Notes: generated by a model from the letters alone, not told the origin. 64,000 bases of DNA from an uncultured Bacteroidales bacterium (GCA_903828645.1 CAIKNA010000127.1:7855-71854); one strand, 5' to 3'; positions 37,802 through 48,446 are shown, numbered from the stretch's first letter. Numbers and translations are program-made.

Positions 37802-40800
37802 TTACAATGAGTTCAAGTCGACAGGCCGTAATATTCCGAACCATTTGATCGTACGCTCACCGAGTCCGTCGGCTTTGACATGTATCAGGTAGACACCACC
37901 TGCAATGGGGATTCCTGCAAAGTTTTTCAGATCCCAGTCAACAGAGGTTTTAGCATCGGTATTCAAACCTGAGGTTGATCCTCTGGGTAAGATGATCCCC
38001 GATTTATCAACATTAAACTGGCGGATCATGGTACCACTCATGTCAAAGATGGTAACAACACATTGCGGGGGCAGATTTACAATTTTAATTCTGTTATCCA
38101 GCTGATTCCGCTCATAATCATCATATGCAAAATATGGATTTGGCACAACATTGATCAGGTCGAGATCGGTGGTGGCAGCCGTCTGGTTATTCAGCGATGT
38201 AGAGATGGTGTTGGTATTGAAAACATACATCGGGAAATTACGGTTGATGGTGTCGTTAGAGCCATCTGGCATCGGTGTGGAATAATACCGCTTGTAAGGC
38301 TTGCTGATACGGATCTTCGTCGTTACCGTATTGCTGAGCCACTGCTGTCCGTCAACTGCCAGCGGAATGTTCACATACATGGCGCTTCCGAAAGCATAGG
38401 CTTTATATACATTGTTTTTCCCAAGTTGAGACAACAAGAATTTACCTCCATCATAGGGGGGGAAGTCAAGTACCGGATCTGGAGAGGCATAGGAGACATG
38501 GTTCATGATATACACATAATGCTGTCCTCCGAAAACCGGGGTTGAGGCATCATTGTAAATACGGCTCGTCGGGTTCCACAACATATCCCTCCCATTGTCG
38601 GCAACCAGCCAAGAGTTTTCTCCGAACATGATATTCAACCGTTCACCCGTCTCAATGTTAATTGCATACCCTGGGAACCAGCCCATGCCCGTTGCGCTGA
38701 TGTAGTTTGAGTTATACATCGGGTCGGCGCTCACGATGCCGGTATCGCCATCCACGTTAACCGATGCCGCAAAACGGGCACCGAAAAACTTTGCTCCGCC
38801 CTGTGCAAGCTTGGAATCCGGACACATTTCGATGACAGGGCACCTTGTCCAGAACTTCTTCTCAGGCGTGATGACAATGTCGACACTCCCGATCTTGGAA
38901 AGGTTGGCATTCTTCTTAGATATTTTAGAAAATGCCGGTCCAACTGCCGATTCTTCAGCGCTGTAACTACTTGCCGTAAGACAATATGGAGCCCATATCC
39001 CCGATTGAATATGCTGATAATTCTTATTTGGATCTATGGGTTTACCGGTTTTACCATTACCCATATCCCAGTCATAATACTTGGCGTCGGATCCTTTGTA
39101 GGTTCCTGATCGTATCCAGTTCATCGCCGATTCAGGCACATCGTTGTCGGGCACACCTGCCAGCCACCTTTTGGTACTGTCGGCATAAATTTGCGGTGAG
39201 GCGTACAGCAATCCATTGCTTAAGGTCACAGAGCTTGTTGTCGCAGAGGTCTTGATGGAGTCGCCTGCATTGGGCACCTGGGCTATCGTTAATGCAATGC
39301 CGAGGTCGAGGAAAACCTGCTCATACTGGTAGATGGTAGTCGTATCCGACCGGTATTTAACCCCGGTTGCATTGTTGGTCAACGTCCATTTTCCAAACTG
39401 GATTTTCGTTGGATCCGTAAACGGGTTGTTGGTTTTCACGGTAACCATTGAATCAAACCTCACGGTATACTGCCCGTTCACTACATTCAAAGGATCGATT
39501 ACCTTAACCTGCAAAGGTCCTTTCGAAACAAGGTAGGTTGCAGTATATGCAATGGGATAGTCAGCATCGCCCATTTTGGTTTTTGCCGTATCCAGGGGCG
39601 GTTTTGAAAGTATTTCAGCAATGGTCGCTTCAGAAAAATCGGTGATCATCCCGCCATTTCCCTGTCCCTGGATACGTGTGATCACAGGACCTTCGGCATA
39701 GGTTGAATTTGTAACCACACCCAGCGGGATATGTGGAATTGCCGTATAGGTTTTGATGTTGCTGCGGCCTCTAAGGTAAGGCTTCTTCTGTCCATCCAGT
39801 GATAATGGGTCAGTCTGGACATATTTCTTATATTCATTGTACCCATATGCAACAGCCATGTAATAATATTGTTTGTGGTTGATCAGCCGGTCGTCACCCG
39901 TTGCGAACATATCCGACTTGAAAACAAAAGAATGGGAGATTCCTTTATCTGCCCCTGCGGTCATAACCTGCCCCACGTTGCCCCCGATATTCTGATCGTA
40001 GCTCCAGTTTACAAGTTTCGTCACGCCGTTCTGTACATCGCATTCGGCCACGATCCTCGCTTTACTTGCATCGTCAAGATCCGCGGCCGAAACGGTAGCA
40101 TCCTTCAACTGAAAAATCTGGTATCCTTCAAATTTATACAACGAGTCGCTGCTCCTGATGGTGGGATCAACCTCCTGGTAAGTTTCATGATAGTTATTTC
40201 CCAGGTCGTTCCACTTGCGGTTCGACAGGTAAACAATCACCTCGTTTGGTAGCTCCTCGATGGAGACATCAGGGGCATTGGGGCCGTTCAAAACGGCAAA
40301 GCAGTTATCGAAAAGACTTTGTGCCTTATCATCAACCTCCTGCAACAGCCTCACCGACTCTTCGGGGGTGCCGGAAATTGAGCGTGCCCATGGAATACCT
40401 ACCGTGATATAGTTACATGCCCCCGGTTCAAGTTTAAATGGTCCTGCCGATTGCATGAACCGCCTGTCCTGCGGGTTGTTTTTTGCGGTAACTTCCGTCC
40501 ACTCTTTCGCACCGTTGGGTGGCTGTCCCTGGGTTCCCCAATCGCAAATGTCGGTCAGGTTCGGGAACATAAAATCGCAGGGAGGTCCATAACCACCTGC
40601 TGAGAAGTGGGCATTGCCCCCGTAAATCATTTTAGAATTATCTTTCCAGATACCACGCAGGAAGAGGTAATATTCTGGCGCATAATTCGGGTCGGTCATA
40701 TAATCGGGAACACCGGCATTGCTGTTGTTGTGATACACAAACCGCCTCATTCCATATCGTTCGTTGTCGATGATTCCGTCTCCGAAATTAACCCCGTTGA

Positions 40801-42127
40801 TGGCTTCCGACCGCACCATGAACATGGCTGAATCTGTTCCGCCCGATCCGTAACCCATTTTAATAACGGTACCGTTCAAACCAACGATGTCGCAGCTTCC
40901 CCTAAATGTGGGGCCCTTTAAACCATTTCCTTTGTAAGACGGGTTGTCATAACCATCAGGATCCATATAGGGTCCCTGGAAAAAGTCAACGCCGATTGCA
41001 GGGGGATGTGCGCCATAAGCATAGCTCTGGCCCGTGCCGTCTACAGGGGTCCCGTTGTAGCAATAACCGAGTCCGCGGTTCACATCGCAGCCTACGTAGT
41101 CATCGTTTGCATAACCCAGGTCGGGGTCAACCCACTGGCTGAAATAGGTACCGGTAAGTGTATAGGTGGAACGGTTGATGAGTTCGTATGAATAAAAAGT
41201 CATGTTGTTGATTTCATCGTTGGTGGCAAAGTCGAAATATTGTGCCCTGATCTCCATGCCGATTGGCTCGCCGGTTGTTTCAGAATGGTAATTTCCTTTA
41301 TCGTTATAAACACTCCATAACGTTTGATCGCCTTTCAATACCTGGTCAACAAGGATACCCATGGTATCGATTTCCACTCCCTGGCCATTCACCCCCCCGT
41401 TTTTAATTTTTGCGCGGGCCATCCGTTCTCCGGGTTTCAGGTTTACCGGGCAAAGTGCGTTTGAAAGGTCGTAATAGGGATAATCACCCTGTTTGGGATC
41501 ATAATTTCCATCGCCGTTTACATCAAAAAAAGGTGCGAGATAATATGCCTGCCCCAGGGCTTTGTTCCCGTGTGCCGGCCAGTCGATAATCGATTTGGGA
41601 ATGACATAATTCGGATATTCAGCCTGGTTATCCCACCATGCAACAAATTCCTGCACTTCGATTCGTGAGATAGGAAAAAGTCTGTCATAATCCGAACATG
41701 TTTCTGCGCTCACGGCAGCAGTACCATCGATCGTAAGGGGTCCCGGCCAGAAGTCGTTCTTTGTATGCGCCGTGGCACCCGCTGGACCTTGCCCGTAACG
41801 ATAGGCAGCCAGTTTCAGGTTGTTGTTGATGTCGATGCCCCCGATCCACAGAGAGAAGGAGAACATGGAAGTCTTCTTGGAGCCTTTGGGAATTTCATAT
41901 TCGGCATTTTCAAGAAACCAACCGTTGCCGTACGAATAGCAAAGCGTTCTTACATTGTTGAGATCAAGATATTTATAACTCGAACCCGAGGCACAGCCTG
42001 CTGCTGTTTCTTTTATCGTGCTGGTGCTCTTTGTACCACCCACCTTGTGGACTTCCTCGGCACGAAGTACGCTTGAGAACACCATGCAGCAGAGTGCAAT
42101 CACTAAAAAGCGAAGGATATTTTTCAT
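37802..42127 (-). CDS. Very large secreted protein of unknown function with a T9SS-type C-terminal domain
   Basis: About 1441 aa from MKNILRFLVIALCC (signal peptide). I recognised no catalytic motif. The last ~100 aa (VVPNPYFAYDD...IKIVNLPPQCVVTIFDMSGTMIRQF...GGVYLIHVKADGLGERTIKWFGILRP) resemble a T9SS CTD. Confidence 0.7.
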   Translation of the reverse strand: MKNILRFLVIALCCMVFSSVLRAEEVHKVGGTKSTSTIKETAAGCASGSSYKYLDLNNVRTLCYSYGNGWFLENAEYEIPKGSKKTSMFSFSLWIGGIDINNNLKLAAYRYGQGPAGATAHTKNDFWPGPLTIDGTAAVSAETCSDYDRLFPISRIEVQEFVAWWDNQAEYPNYVIPKSIIDWPAHGNKALGQAYYLAPFFDVNGDGNYDPKQGDYPYYDLSNALCPVNLKPGERMARAKIKNGGVNGQGVEIDTMGILVDQVLKGDQTLWSVYNDKGNYHSETTGEPIGMEIRAQYFDFATNDEINNMTFYSYELINRSTYTLTGTYFSQWVDPDLGYANDDYVGCDVNRGLGYCYNGTPVDGTGQSYAYGAHPPAIGVDFFQGPYMDPDGYDNPSYKGNGLKGPTFRGSCDIVGLNGTVIKMGYGSGGTDSAMFMVRSEAINGVNFGDGIIDNERYGMRRFVYHNNSNAGVPDYMTDPNYAPEYYLFLRGIWKDNSKMIYGGNAHFSAGGYGPPCDFMFPNLTDICDWGTQGQPPNGAKEWTEVTAKNNPQDRRFMQSAGPFKLEPGACNYITVGIPWARSISGTPEESVRLLQEVDDKAQSLFDNCFAVLNGPNAPDVSIEELPNEVIVYLSNRKWNDLGNNYHETYQEVDPTIRSSDSLYKFEGYQIFQLKDATVSAADLDDASKARIVAECDVQNGVTKLVNWSYDQNIGGNVGQVMTAGADKGISHSFVFKSDMFATGDDRLINHKQYYYMAVAYGYNEYKKYVQTDPLSLDGQKKPYLRGRSNIKTYTAIPHIPLGVVTNSTYAEGPVITRIQGQGNGGMITDFSEATIAEILSKPPLDTAKTKMGDADYPIAYTATYLVSKGPLQVKVIDPLNVVNGQYTVRFDSMVTVKTNNPFTDPTKIQFGKWTLTNNATGVKYRSDTTTIYQYEQVFLDLGIALTIAQVPNAGDSIKTSATTSSVTLSNGLLYASPQIYADSTKRWLAGVPDNDVPESAMNWIRSGTYKGSDAKYYDWDMGNGKTGKPIDPNKNYQHIQSGIWAPYCLTASSYSAEESAVGPAFSKISKKNANLSKIGSVDIVITPEKKFWTRCPVIEMCPDSKLAQGGAKFFGARFAASVNVDGDTGIVSADPMYNSNYISATGMGWFPGYAINIETGERLNIMFGENSWLVADNGRDMLWNPTSRIYNDASTPVFGGQHYVYIMNHVSYASPDPVLDFPPYDGGKFLLSQLGKNNVYKAYAFGSAMYVNIPLAVDGQQWLSNTVTTKIRISKPYKRYYSTPMPDGSNDTINRNFPMYVFNTNTISTSLNNQTAATTDLDLINVVPNPYFAYDDYERNQLDNRIKIVNLPPQCVVTIFDMSGTMIRQFNVDKSGIILPRGSTSGLNTDAKTSVDWDLKNFAGIPIAGGVYLIHVKADGLGERTIKWFGILRPVDLNSL

Positions 42128-42183
42128 AGTTGCATTATTTTTAAACATACCGTAATTTCTTCTCATTATTATTGTCAAACACC

Positions 42184-45100
42184 TTAGAAATTGAACATAA
42201 CACCTAACCTGATGGTCCTCGGGGAGCTGTAACGATACGGATTATTCATCTGGATCGCGTATAAATCGGTGAAGGATTGCGGAGAAACCTGCTGGCTGAT
42301 GGCATTCTGCCATTCAGGAGCAGTAAGGAATCCGTCGTCGGCGGCATCCCCTGTTCCCGGATAAACAGCGGTAACATTCTGGGTATTTAACAAGTTGGCA
42401 AATTCAATATAGACGTTGATCGTACCCTGCTTTTTCTTGTTGAGCGCAATGTTGAAATCTTTGTCGAAACGGGCGCTGATGAGAAATTGCCATGGTAAAC
42501 GGGCTCCGTTGATGCTTCCCTGGATGGGCCCCATTGCACCGTAAGGCAGAATTTTGCTCGTCTGCGTGTAAGGTGTTCCCGATCCACCCGTGAGGGTGAT
42601 GTTTGCTCCGAGATTCGAAAGGAACTGAACAGGTGCTTTGCCACTCTTGGTGCGGTTGATCACAGGGCCGTTATAGTCCTTCCCGCTTCCCCAACGGTAG
42701 TCGAAACTGACGTTGAACTGGTGGCGGCGGTCAAAATCGAGGGGGTTCAGGGTACGAAGGTTGGGCTGATCGGTGCGGATGATCGTGGCGGCTGCATCCG
42801 GGGTAGAGCCGGTACCATCGGCAAACTGCAGGGTATAGTTGAAACGCAGACGTGCGTTGCCCGAACGGCGAAGGTCATAGGTAAGGGTGAGCCCCTTGAC
42901 GGTTCCAAAGTCAATGTTGGTATAGGAATAATAGGTCTTCGGATAAGCCCCTGTCAAACGGTACTGCTGAATCTGGTCGCGCATTTCGCGGTAAAACACG
43001 GCTAATTTGAGAGAGGAGGAATTATTGATCTTTTGCTGGAAGCCCAACTCATAGTCGATGGTTTTTTCAGGTTTCAGCGCCGGGTTGTTGATGGTCCCGG
43101 AGGCGCCGGTCACCCCGATGTAGTAATAGCTGATCGGCTGGATCTGAACTTCGTTGGAAGAGGGGCGCTGGGTTAAAATGTCATAATGTGCGTAGAACAA
43201 AGCGTCGTCACTGATCGGGAACGAGAAAGAGATACGGGGCATCCAGTTGGTCTGCGGGTCATAAACCTGGAATACATTTGCCTGAACTGTCTTGTTCGAA
43301 GGATCAACGAGGTAGGGCTGCACGCCATTTCCACGGTCAAGGATACGAACAGGGTCGGTGATCACACTGCCTTCCGAATTATACCATACGTTTCCGTTGC
43401 GGTAACCGGTGATGGCAGTGGGGTTGCTCGCATCATCCACATAAACAACATAATTGCTTCCCATTGTTGAAGGGATCGAGACCGGTGTACCATTGAGCTG
43501 GGAGACTTCGCCTACGGTCTTGGCAGGATAGAACAGGTAGGGGTCTTTCAAAACAGGCTGGTTGGCATCGAAACGGTCAACGCGAACACCGACGTTGAAG
43601 ATCAGATCTTTAAAAGCAAATTTATCCTGGATGTACCCGGCAATATAAATTGGCTGATAGGGGCCGATGGTTCTTGTATAGTTTCCATTTGCATCCTTCT
43701 GGGTAAAGAAATCATCAAAACTGGGGCTTCCCGAAAGTTTTTTCCCCATGTAATCATATCCGTAATAATTTACAATCGGCGAGCCGTTATTAAGGACTTC
43801 ATCTGCTGAGAACATATCCATGGAGAGCAATTGCCCGCTTTGGCTGATGTTATGCAGTTGCATGTTCTTGTCGTAATAGTTGATGGAGTTGTGTGCAAAA
43901 TCATAGGAATACATATCGATCCAGTCCGTTCCATCCACAGGCAGTCCGAGTTTTTTACGCAGGCTGATGTCGAAATTACGCTGCAGGGTGGGGACATAAT
44001 TGCGGAAATAGTTGATGGTATCCATATAGACGCCATTGCGGTAAATGGGCTGCGGATTGGCCAGGTTGAGGTCGTGCAGCTGTGCATTGGTCAATCCCCG
44101 CATGGCATCCCAAAGCAGAACTCCTACGTTGGTATATCCCCGGCTTTTGCGCTGCTGGTATTGCAATCCCAACTGGATTTCATGATTGCCAAAGTCGGCG
44201 GCGAATGAGGCATTCACGGCGATCTGGTCACTGGTGTTTTCGGTGTAACCATTGGGGCGGTTTCCAATGGCGGACAAATTGCCGTTCATCCCGCTGTAGG
44301 GGGCGGTTGGTTCCATGCCATTCACCAGCCCTTTGCCGGAAATGATTTCATCGATATTCTGGTAATGACCCACCGGGGTGTCAAACAGCCCGTAATACTG
44401 CTGGGTCCAGCTGGCTGATTCGGGATTTAAATCGGATCCTTTGAACACGACAATGGTGTCGCGGGTTCCATTCTGAAGGTGTCCCCAGAGTCTGGAAACG
44501 GAGTCATAGGCAAGGGTCGGCGTGTAGGCGCGAATGGACTGGGTGGCAAAACTGCCGATGTAACCATATTCAAAATAATTATCCTTATGCTCTGCATCTT
44601 CGGTTTTGGCAAAGTACCTGGTAAAGTCGGCGCCGATAGAGTAATAGACGTTTTTCACAAAGTTCTTGCTGTCATTGGCAGTGGGGAAACGTTGTGTGAA
44701 GCGGCCGTTAACACGCCAGGTAGATGTGTTGGAGTGAGAGTTGTTCTGCCAGTTCATCATTGAATTGGCAAAACTGAAGTTGCGGTTGTCGCCCCAGGTA
44801 AATGTACCCCCGAAAGAGATGTTGATGGTAGGGGTTACCCGGAAATCGAGTTTTCCTGAAATATTGATGTTGGTTCCAGCTGAATTCAGGGTGCTTTTGG
44901 TCGTTTGCATCTGGTTTTTCGTCAGAAACTCCGAATTGTAGAAAACGGCATTGTTCTGTCCATACAAACGCAAAGGATTTGCTGTCAAACTGTTCTTTTC
45001 GTCATCGGTAACCCGGTATAGCGGAAACGCGGCAGGAGCTCCGTCTTTCTGATAAATAAGGTCACCGGCAATAAAGAAGCCCATGATGGGGGTTTTATAA

Positions 45101-45918
45101 CCATGAACCGTGTCCTTTTTTGAAACCAGGGGGCCGGTAAAGTTCAACCCCAAACGGTTATAACCAAAAGCATCGAGGAATTGCGAAGTCTGAAGGTCAA
45201 CTCCTCCGGAGAAATCTTTGGAAGGGCCTTTTGTGGTAACGTTGATAATACCACCGGTAGCATCGCCATAGGCAGCAGGGGTGCCGCCAAGGATGACTTC
45301 GACCTGTTCAATAGCACTCTGGGGGAGGTTGTTACTGCCGGTAACGCGCATACCGTCAATAAAATAGACTGTACCTGTTGAACGCTGGCCACGCATACTG
45401 GTGATGTTGCCGTTTGCATCCGTGGAGACACCACCCACGGTGGTTGCAACAGCAGAGGCAGATTTATTGGCCATTTTTGAAATTTCTTCGGAGGTTACCG
45501 TTCCACCAGAGGTTGTCTGGTCCTTGGAGATAAGGGGTACCTTGTAATCCACAACTTCAATTTCGTTGAGGGTTGTTGTGGAAGCTTCCAGTTCAACATT
45601 CTGGAAGGTGATCTTGTCGGGTGAAACATAAATGCCCCGGTACATGAAGGGCTTATATCCTACAAAACTGGCCTTGAGGTCAACTTTCCCGGGAGGGATT
45701 GGTTTGATGGTAAAGTTTCCATCAAAATCGGAAGTAGATCCGCCAACCTGAACGCCTCCTACCTCGATAACCACATTGGCAAAGGAGATCGGTTCTTTGG
45801 TGGCCTTGTCAATAATTTTCCCTTTCAGGGTTCCCGATCCGGTCTGTGAAAATACCAACACGCTTGTTGCCAGTACAAAACCAATAGTAAACAGTAAATT
45901 TCTTAACATACCATACAA
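42184..45918 (-). CDS. TonB-dependent-receptor-type outer membrane barrel with N-terminal CarboxypepD_reg-like domain (unusually long)
   Basis: 1244-aa ORF with a signal peptide and a CarboxypepD_reg segment (GTLKGKIIDKATKEPISFANVVI). Its plug-like segment reads MRGQRSTGTVYFIDGMRV...IEQVEVILGGTPAAYGDATGGIINVTTK, and it ends with a terminal Phe (LGVMFNF). Confidence 0.8.
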   Translation of the reverse strand: MYGMLRNLLFTIGFVLATSVLVFSQTGSGTLKGKIIDKATKEPISFANVVIEVGGVQVGGSTSDFDGNFTIKPIPPGKVDLKASFVGYKPFMYRGIYVSPDKITFQNVELEASTTTLNEIEVVDYKVPLISKDQTTSGGTVTSEEISKMANKSASAVATTVGGVSTDANGNITSMRGQRSTGTVYFIDGMRVTGSNNLPQSAIEQVEVILGGTPAAYGDATGGIINVTTKGPSKDFSGGVDLQTSQFLDAFGYNRLGLNFTGPLVSKKDTVHGYKTPIMGFFIAGDLIYQKDGAPAAFPLYRVTDDEKNSLTANPLRLYGQNNAVFYNSEFLTKNQMQTTKSTLNSAGTNINISGKLDFRVTPTINISFGGTFTWGDNRNFSFANSMMNWQNNSHSNTSTWRVNGRFTQRFPTANDSKNFVKNVYYSIGADFTRYFAKTEDAEHKDNYFEYGYIGSFATQSIRAYTPTLAYDSVSRLWGHLQNGTRDTIVVFKGSDLNPESASWTQQYYGLFDTPVGHYQNIDEIISGKGLVNGMEPTAPYSGMNGNLSAIGNRPNGYTENTSDQIAVNASFAADFGNHEIQLGLQYQQRKSRGYTNVGVLLWDAMRGLTNAQLHDLNLANPQPIYRNGVYMDTINYFRNYVPTLQRNFDISLRKKLGLPVDGTDWIDMYSYDFAHNSINYYDKNMQLHNISQSGQLLSMDMFSADEVLNNGSPIVNYYGYDYMGKKLSGSPSFDDFFTQKDANGNYTRTIGPYQPIYIAGYIQDKFAFKDLIFNVGVRVDRFDANQPVLKDPYLFYPAKTVGEVSQLNGTPVSIPSTMGSNYVVYVDDASNPTAITGYRNGNVWYNSEGSVITDPVRILDRGNGVQPYLVDPSNKTVQANVFQVYDPQTNWMPRISFSFPISDDALFYAHYDILTQRPSSNEVQIQPISYYYIGVTGASGTINNPALKPEKTIDYELGFQQKINNSSSLKLAVFYREMRDQIQQYRLTGAYPKTYYSYTNIDFGTVKGLTLTYDLRRSGNARLRFNYTLQFADGTGSTPDAAATIIRTDQPNLRTLNPLDFDRRHQFNVSFDYRWGSGKDYNGPVINRTKSGKAPVQFLSNLGANITLTGGSGTPYTQTSKILPYGAMGPIQGSINGARLPWQFLISARFDKDFNIALNKKKQGTINVYIEFANLLNTQNVTAVYPGTGDAADDGFLTAPEWQNAISQQVSPQSFTDLYAIQMNNPYRYSSPRTIRLGVMFNF

Positions 45919-46101
45919 TTTTATGTTAGATTATAATTGCGCTTTAAAAGGGCGTAAATGTAATAATTATTTAAAATCAAACTAAAAATTATTTAGTTCC
46001 GGAATCAAATATATAACCATTCTAAATTAGCAGGAAGTCAAATATGTAAACCGTTTTAAAGAATCGGCAAACCCTGTCTCAGGAGAGTTAAAGTCGTTTT
46101 T

Positions 46102-46356
46102 TCAATGCTTGTTCGGGGTCATTCTCCGGGATTCTTTTTTTGTGTTTTTCATGCTTGCCCTGGTCGATTTCGACTGCCGGTTGTTATGTCGCCTGACCGC
46201 CTGTTTATATTCCTTTACTGCCTGTTTTTGTTTTTTAGCATGTTCCCGCTCGATTTTTTTCTGGTTCACCCGGGCCTCCTGGGGTGCGAATGCAACCAGC
46301 ATGGGCAGGATGGCTATAAACAGCGTTATGAATAAAATTCTTTTTCCTGAAACCAT
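46102..46356 (-). CDS. Small hypothetical protein: one hydrophobic segment plus a highly basic Lys/Arg-rich tail
   Basis: 84-aa ORF with the hydrophobic segment ILFITLFIAILPMLVAF followed by KKQKQAVKEYKQAVRRHNNRQSK. There is no homology recognition; the coding status is uncertain. Confidence 0.35.
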   Translation of the reverse strand: MVSGKRILFITLFIAILPMLVAFAPQEARVNQKKIEREHAKKQKQAVKEYKQAVRRHNNRQSKSTRASMKNTKKESRRMTPNKH

Positions 46357-46513
46357 AACAGATATTTTGGTACATATAACCCCCGCCCTTACGCCGCCCT
46401 GAATCCCTTCAGGGATGGGGTAAAATGATTAATTCACAAATCATTGCACTTTTATCCCATCCTTATTTATACTATTGCAACTATTCGAACGTTAAAATTA
46501 CGAATTTTGTATC

Positions 46514-46960
46514 ATGGAAGAACGTATCCCGAAATATAATATCAGGTTATGCATGGTGGCAGCCGTCGTGCTGATGGTCGCATTCGCCTGTAAAAAAGAA
46601 GAGCAGGCACCCCAGATTCCGTATGTTTACGTAAACTTTGTGCTGAATCCGAATGGCACCCAGTATATCAATCTCAATAGTGTGAACGGATGGGAAACGG
46701 TAGTTGGGGGATACAACGGGATCCTGATTTTCCGCAAATCAGTCAATGAATTTGCAGCCTATGAACGAGCCTGCCCGTATGATCCCACAAAAACAGGCGC
46801 CCAGATCAGGGTAGACAAGTCGGGGATAACCTGTTATTGCCCTGTGTGCGGTTCAAAGTACATCATGGCCGACGGAACCCCCTATGCCGGACCCTCCCAT
46901 TTTTCGCTCAAGCAGTATACCACCCTCTACGACGGAGCAATGCTCTATATCTCAAATTAG
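46514..46960 (+). CDS. Lipoprotein with a degenerate Rieske-like fold signature
   Basis: 148-aa ORF with a lipobox (MVAFAC). The spacing of its motifs follows the Rieske pattern CPH...CPxHGSxF: GILIFRKSVNEFAAYERACPYD, then CYCPVCGSKY, then GPSHFSLKQY. The His ligands are replaced. Confidence 0.5.
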   Translation: MEERIPKYNIRLCMVAAVVLMVAFACKKEEQAPQIPYVYVNFVLNPNGTQYINLNSVNGWETVVGGYNGILIFRKSVNEFAAYERACPYDPTKTGAQIRVDKSGITCYCPVCGSKYIMADGTPYAGPSHFSLKQYTTLYDGAMLYISN

Positions 46961-46983
46961 CAGCCAGCCGTAAAATTTGAAAT

Positions 46984-47025
46984 TGCATTTTGCATTTTGC
47001 ATTTTGCATTTTGCATTTTGCATTT
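46984..47025. repeat. Six perfect tandem heptads TGCATTT abutting the ahcY stop codon
   Basis: (TGCATTT)x6 spans 46984-47025. It is preceded by two looser heptads in the same phase (GTAAAAT TTGAAAT). It lies in the convergent spacer between the stops at 46958-46960 and 47025-47027. Confidence 0.9.
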
Positions 47026-48446
47026 TAGTACCGGTAGTGCTCCGGCTTATACGGTCCGTCTAAATTCACATTCAGATAATCGGCCTGTTCCTGCGTAAGC
47101 TTTGTCAGTTTCACCCCGATTTGTTCCAGGTGCAGCCTGGCAACCTCTTCGTCGAGCCTTTTCGGCAGGCGGTAAACGGCCACTTCATAGTCGTGCTGCC
47201 AGAGGTCAAGCTGGGCCAGGGTCTGGTTTGTGAATGAATTCGACATCACGAATGAGGGGTGACCGGTTGCACATCCCAGGTTCACGAGGCGTCCTTCGGC
47301 CAGCAGGTAAATGCATTTCCCGTCGGGATAGATGTATTTGTCGACCTGCGGTTTGATGTTCACCACTTTGATGCCCGGCCAGCTGGTCAGCTGTTCCACC
47401 TGGATCTCATTGTCAAAATGGCCTATGTTGCAAACGATCGCCTGGTCCTTCATTAAGGAGAGGTCTTTGGCTGTGATCACATCCTTGTTACCCGTTGTGG
47501 TGACATAAATGTTGCCTTCGGGCAGGGCATCCTGGAGGGTGCTTACTTCAAAACCTTCCATGGCGGCCTGCAGGGCGCAGATGGGATCAATTTCGGTAAC
47601 GATCACGCGGGCTCCGTATGAACGCATGGAATGGGCGCATCCCTTGCCAACATCGCCGTAACCCAGCACAACCACTACCTTGCCGGCAATCATCACATCG
47701 GTGGCACGCTTGATACCGTCGGCAAGCGACTCCCTGCAACCATAAAGGTTGTCGAATTTCGACTTGGTGACCGAATCATTTACGTTGATTGCCGGAACAA
47801 GCAAAGCTCCCTTTTCTTTCATCTGGTAAAGACGGTGCACCCCGGTGGTGGTCTCTTCCGAAACGCCTTTCCATTCGGCAACCGTGCGGGTCCACCTGGT
47901 TTTGTCTTCAATATAAATCTCCTGAAGCTGTTTCATGAAAGCCTTTTCATCGGCATTTTCAGGAACAACCTTGAGCAATCCGGGGTTCTTTTCAATTTCG
48001 AATCCCTTGTGGATCATCATGGTCGCATCACCGCCATCATCCACGATGAGGTTGGGTCCCTTGCCTCCCGGGAAACTCAGCGCCATGCTGGTACACCACC
48101 AGTATTCGTCAAGACTCTCCCCTTTCCAGGCAAAGACTGGAATCCCCATGGCGGCAATGGCTGCAGCCGCGTGATCCTGGGTGGAAAAAATATTGCAACT
48201 GGCCCAACGAACATCGGCGCCAAGTTCAATAAGGGTTTCGATCAGCACGGCCGTCTGGATGGTCATGTGCAGCGACCCGCTGATGCGGGCTCCCTTCAAG
48301 GGTTTTTCAACTGAATGCTTTTTACGGATCGCCATCAGTCCCGGCATCTCCTTTTCAGCAATTTCAATCTCTTTGCGACCCCATTCGGCCAGGGACATGT
48401 CGGCTACCTTATATTTCATATTCGTTGACATTGCAATGTTTTCCAT
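47025..48446 (-). CDS. ahcY: Adenosylhomocysteinase
   Basis: It has [27 protein letters not shown], the NAD-binding motif GYGDVGKG, and the C-terminal PEHYRY. The start is moved from 48722 to 48446 ([10 protein letters not shown]); 48431 is an alternative. A -7 box and the divergent PPTase gene lie inside the long ORF. Confidence 0.9.
   Translation of the reverse strand: MENIAMSTNMKYKVADMSLAEWGRKEIEIAEKEMPGLMAIRKKHSVEKPLKGARISGSLHMTIQTAVLIETLIELGADVRWASCNIFSTQDHAAAAIAAMGIPVFAWKGESLDEYWWCTSMALSFPGGKGPNLIVDDGGDATMMIHKGFEIEKNPGLLKVVPENADEKAFMKQLQEIYIEDKTRWTRTVAEWKGVSEETTTGVHRLYQMKEKGALLVPAINVNDSVTKSKFDNLYGCRESLADGIKRATDVMIAGKVVVVLGYGDVGKGCAHSMRSYGARVIVTEIDPICALQAAMEGFEVSTLQDALPEGNIYVTTTGNKDVITAKDLSLMKDQAIVCNIGHFDNEIQVEQLTSWPGIKVVNIKPQVDKYIYPDGKCIYLLAEGRLVNLGCATGHPSFVMSNSFTNQTLAQLDLWQHDYEVAVYRLPKRLDEEVARLHLEQIGVKLTKLTQEQADYLNVNLDGPYKPEHYRY

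Noticed and set aside
46397-46414. Hairpin CCCTGAA-TCCC-TTCAGGG between the small basic ORF and the Rieske-like lipoprotein gene.
   Set aside because: It lies in a divergent (promoter) spacer, has no U-tract, and is a single occurrence. I cannot assign it a role from sequence alone.
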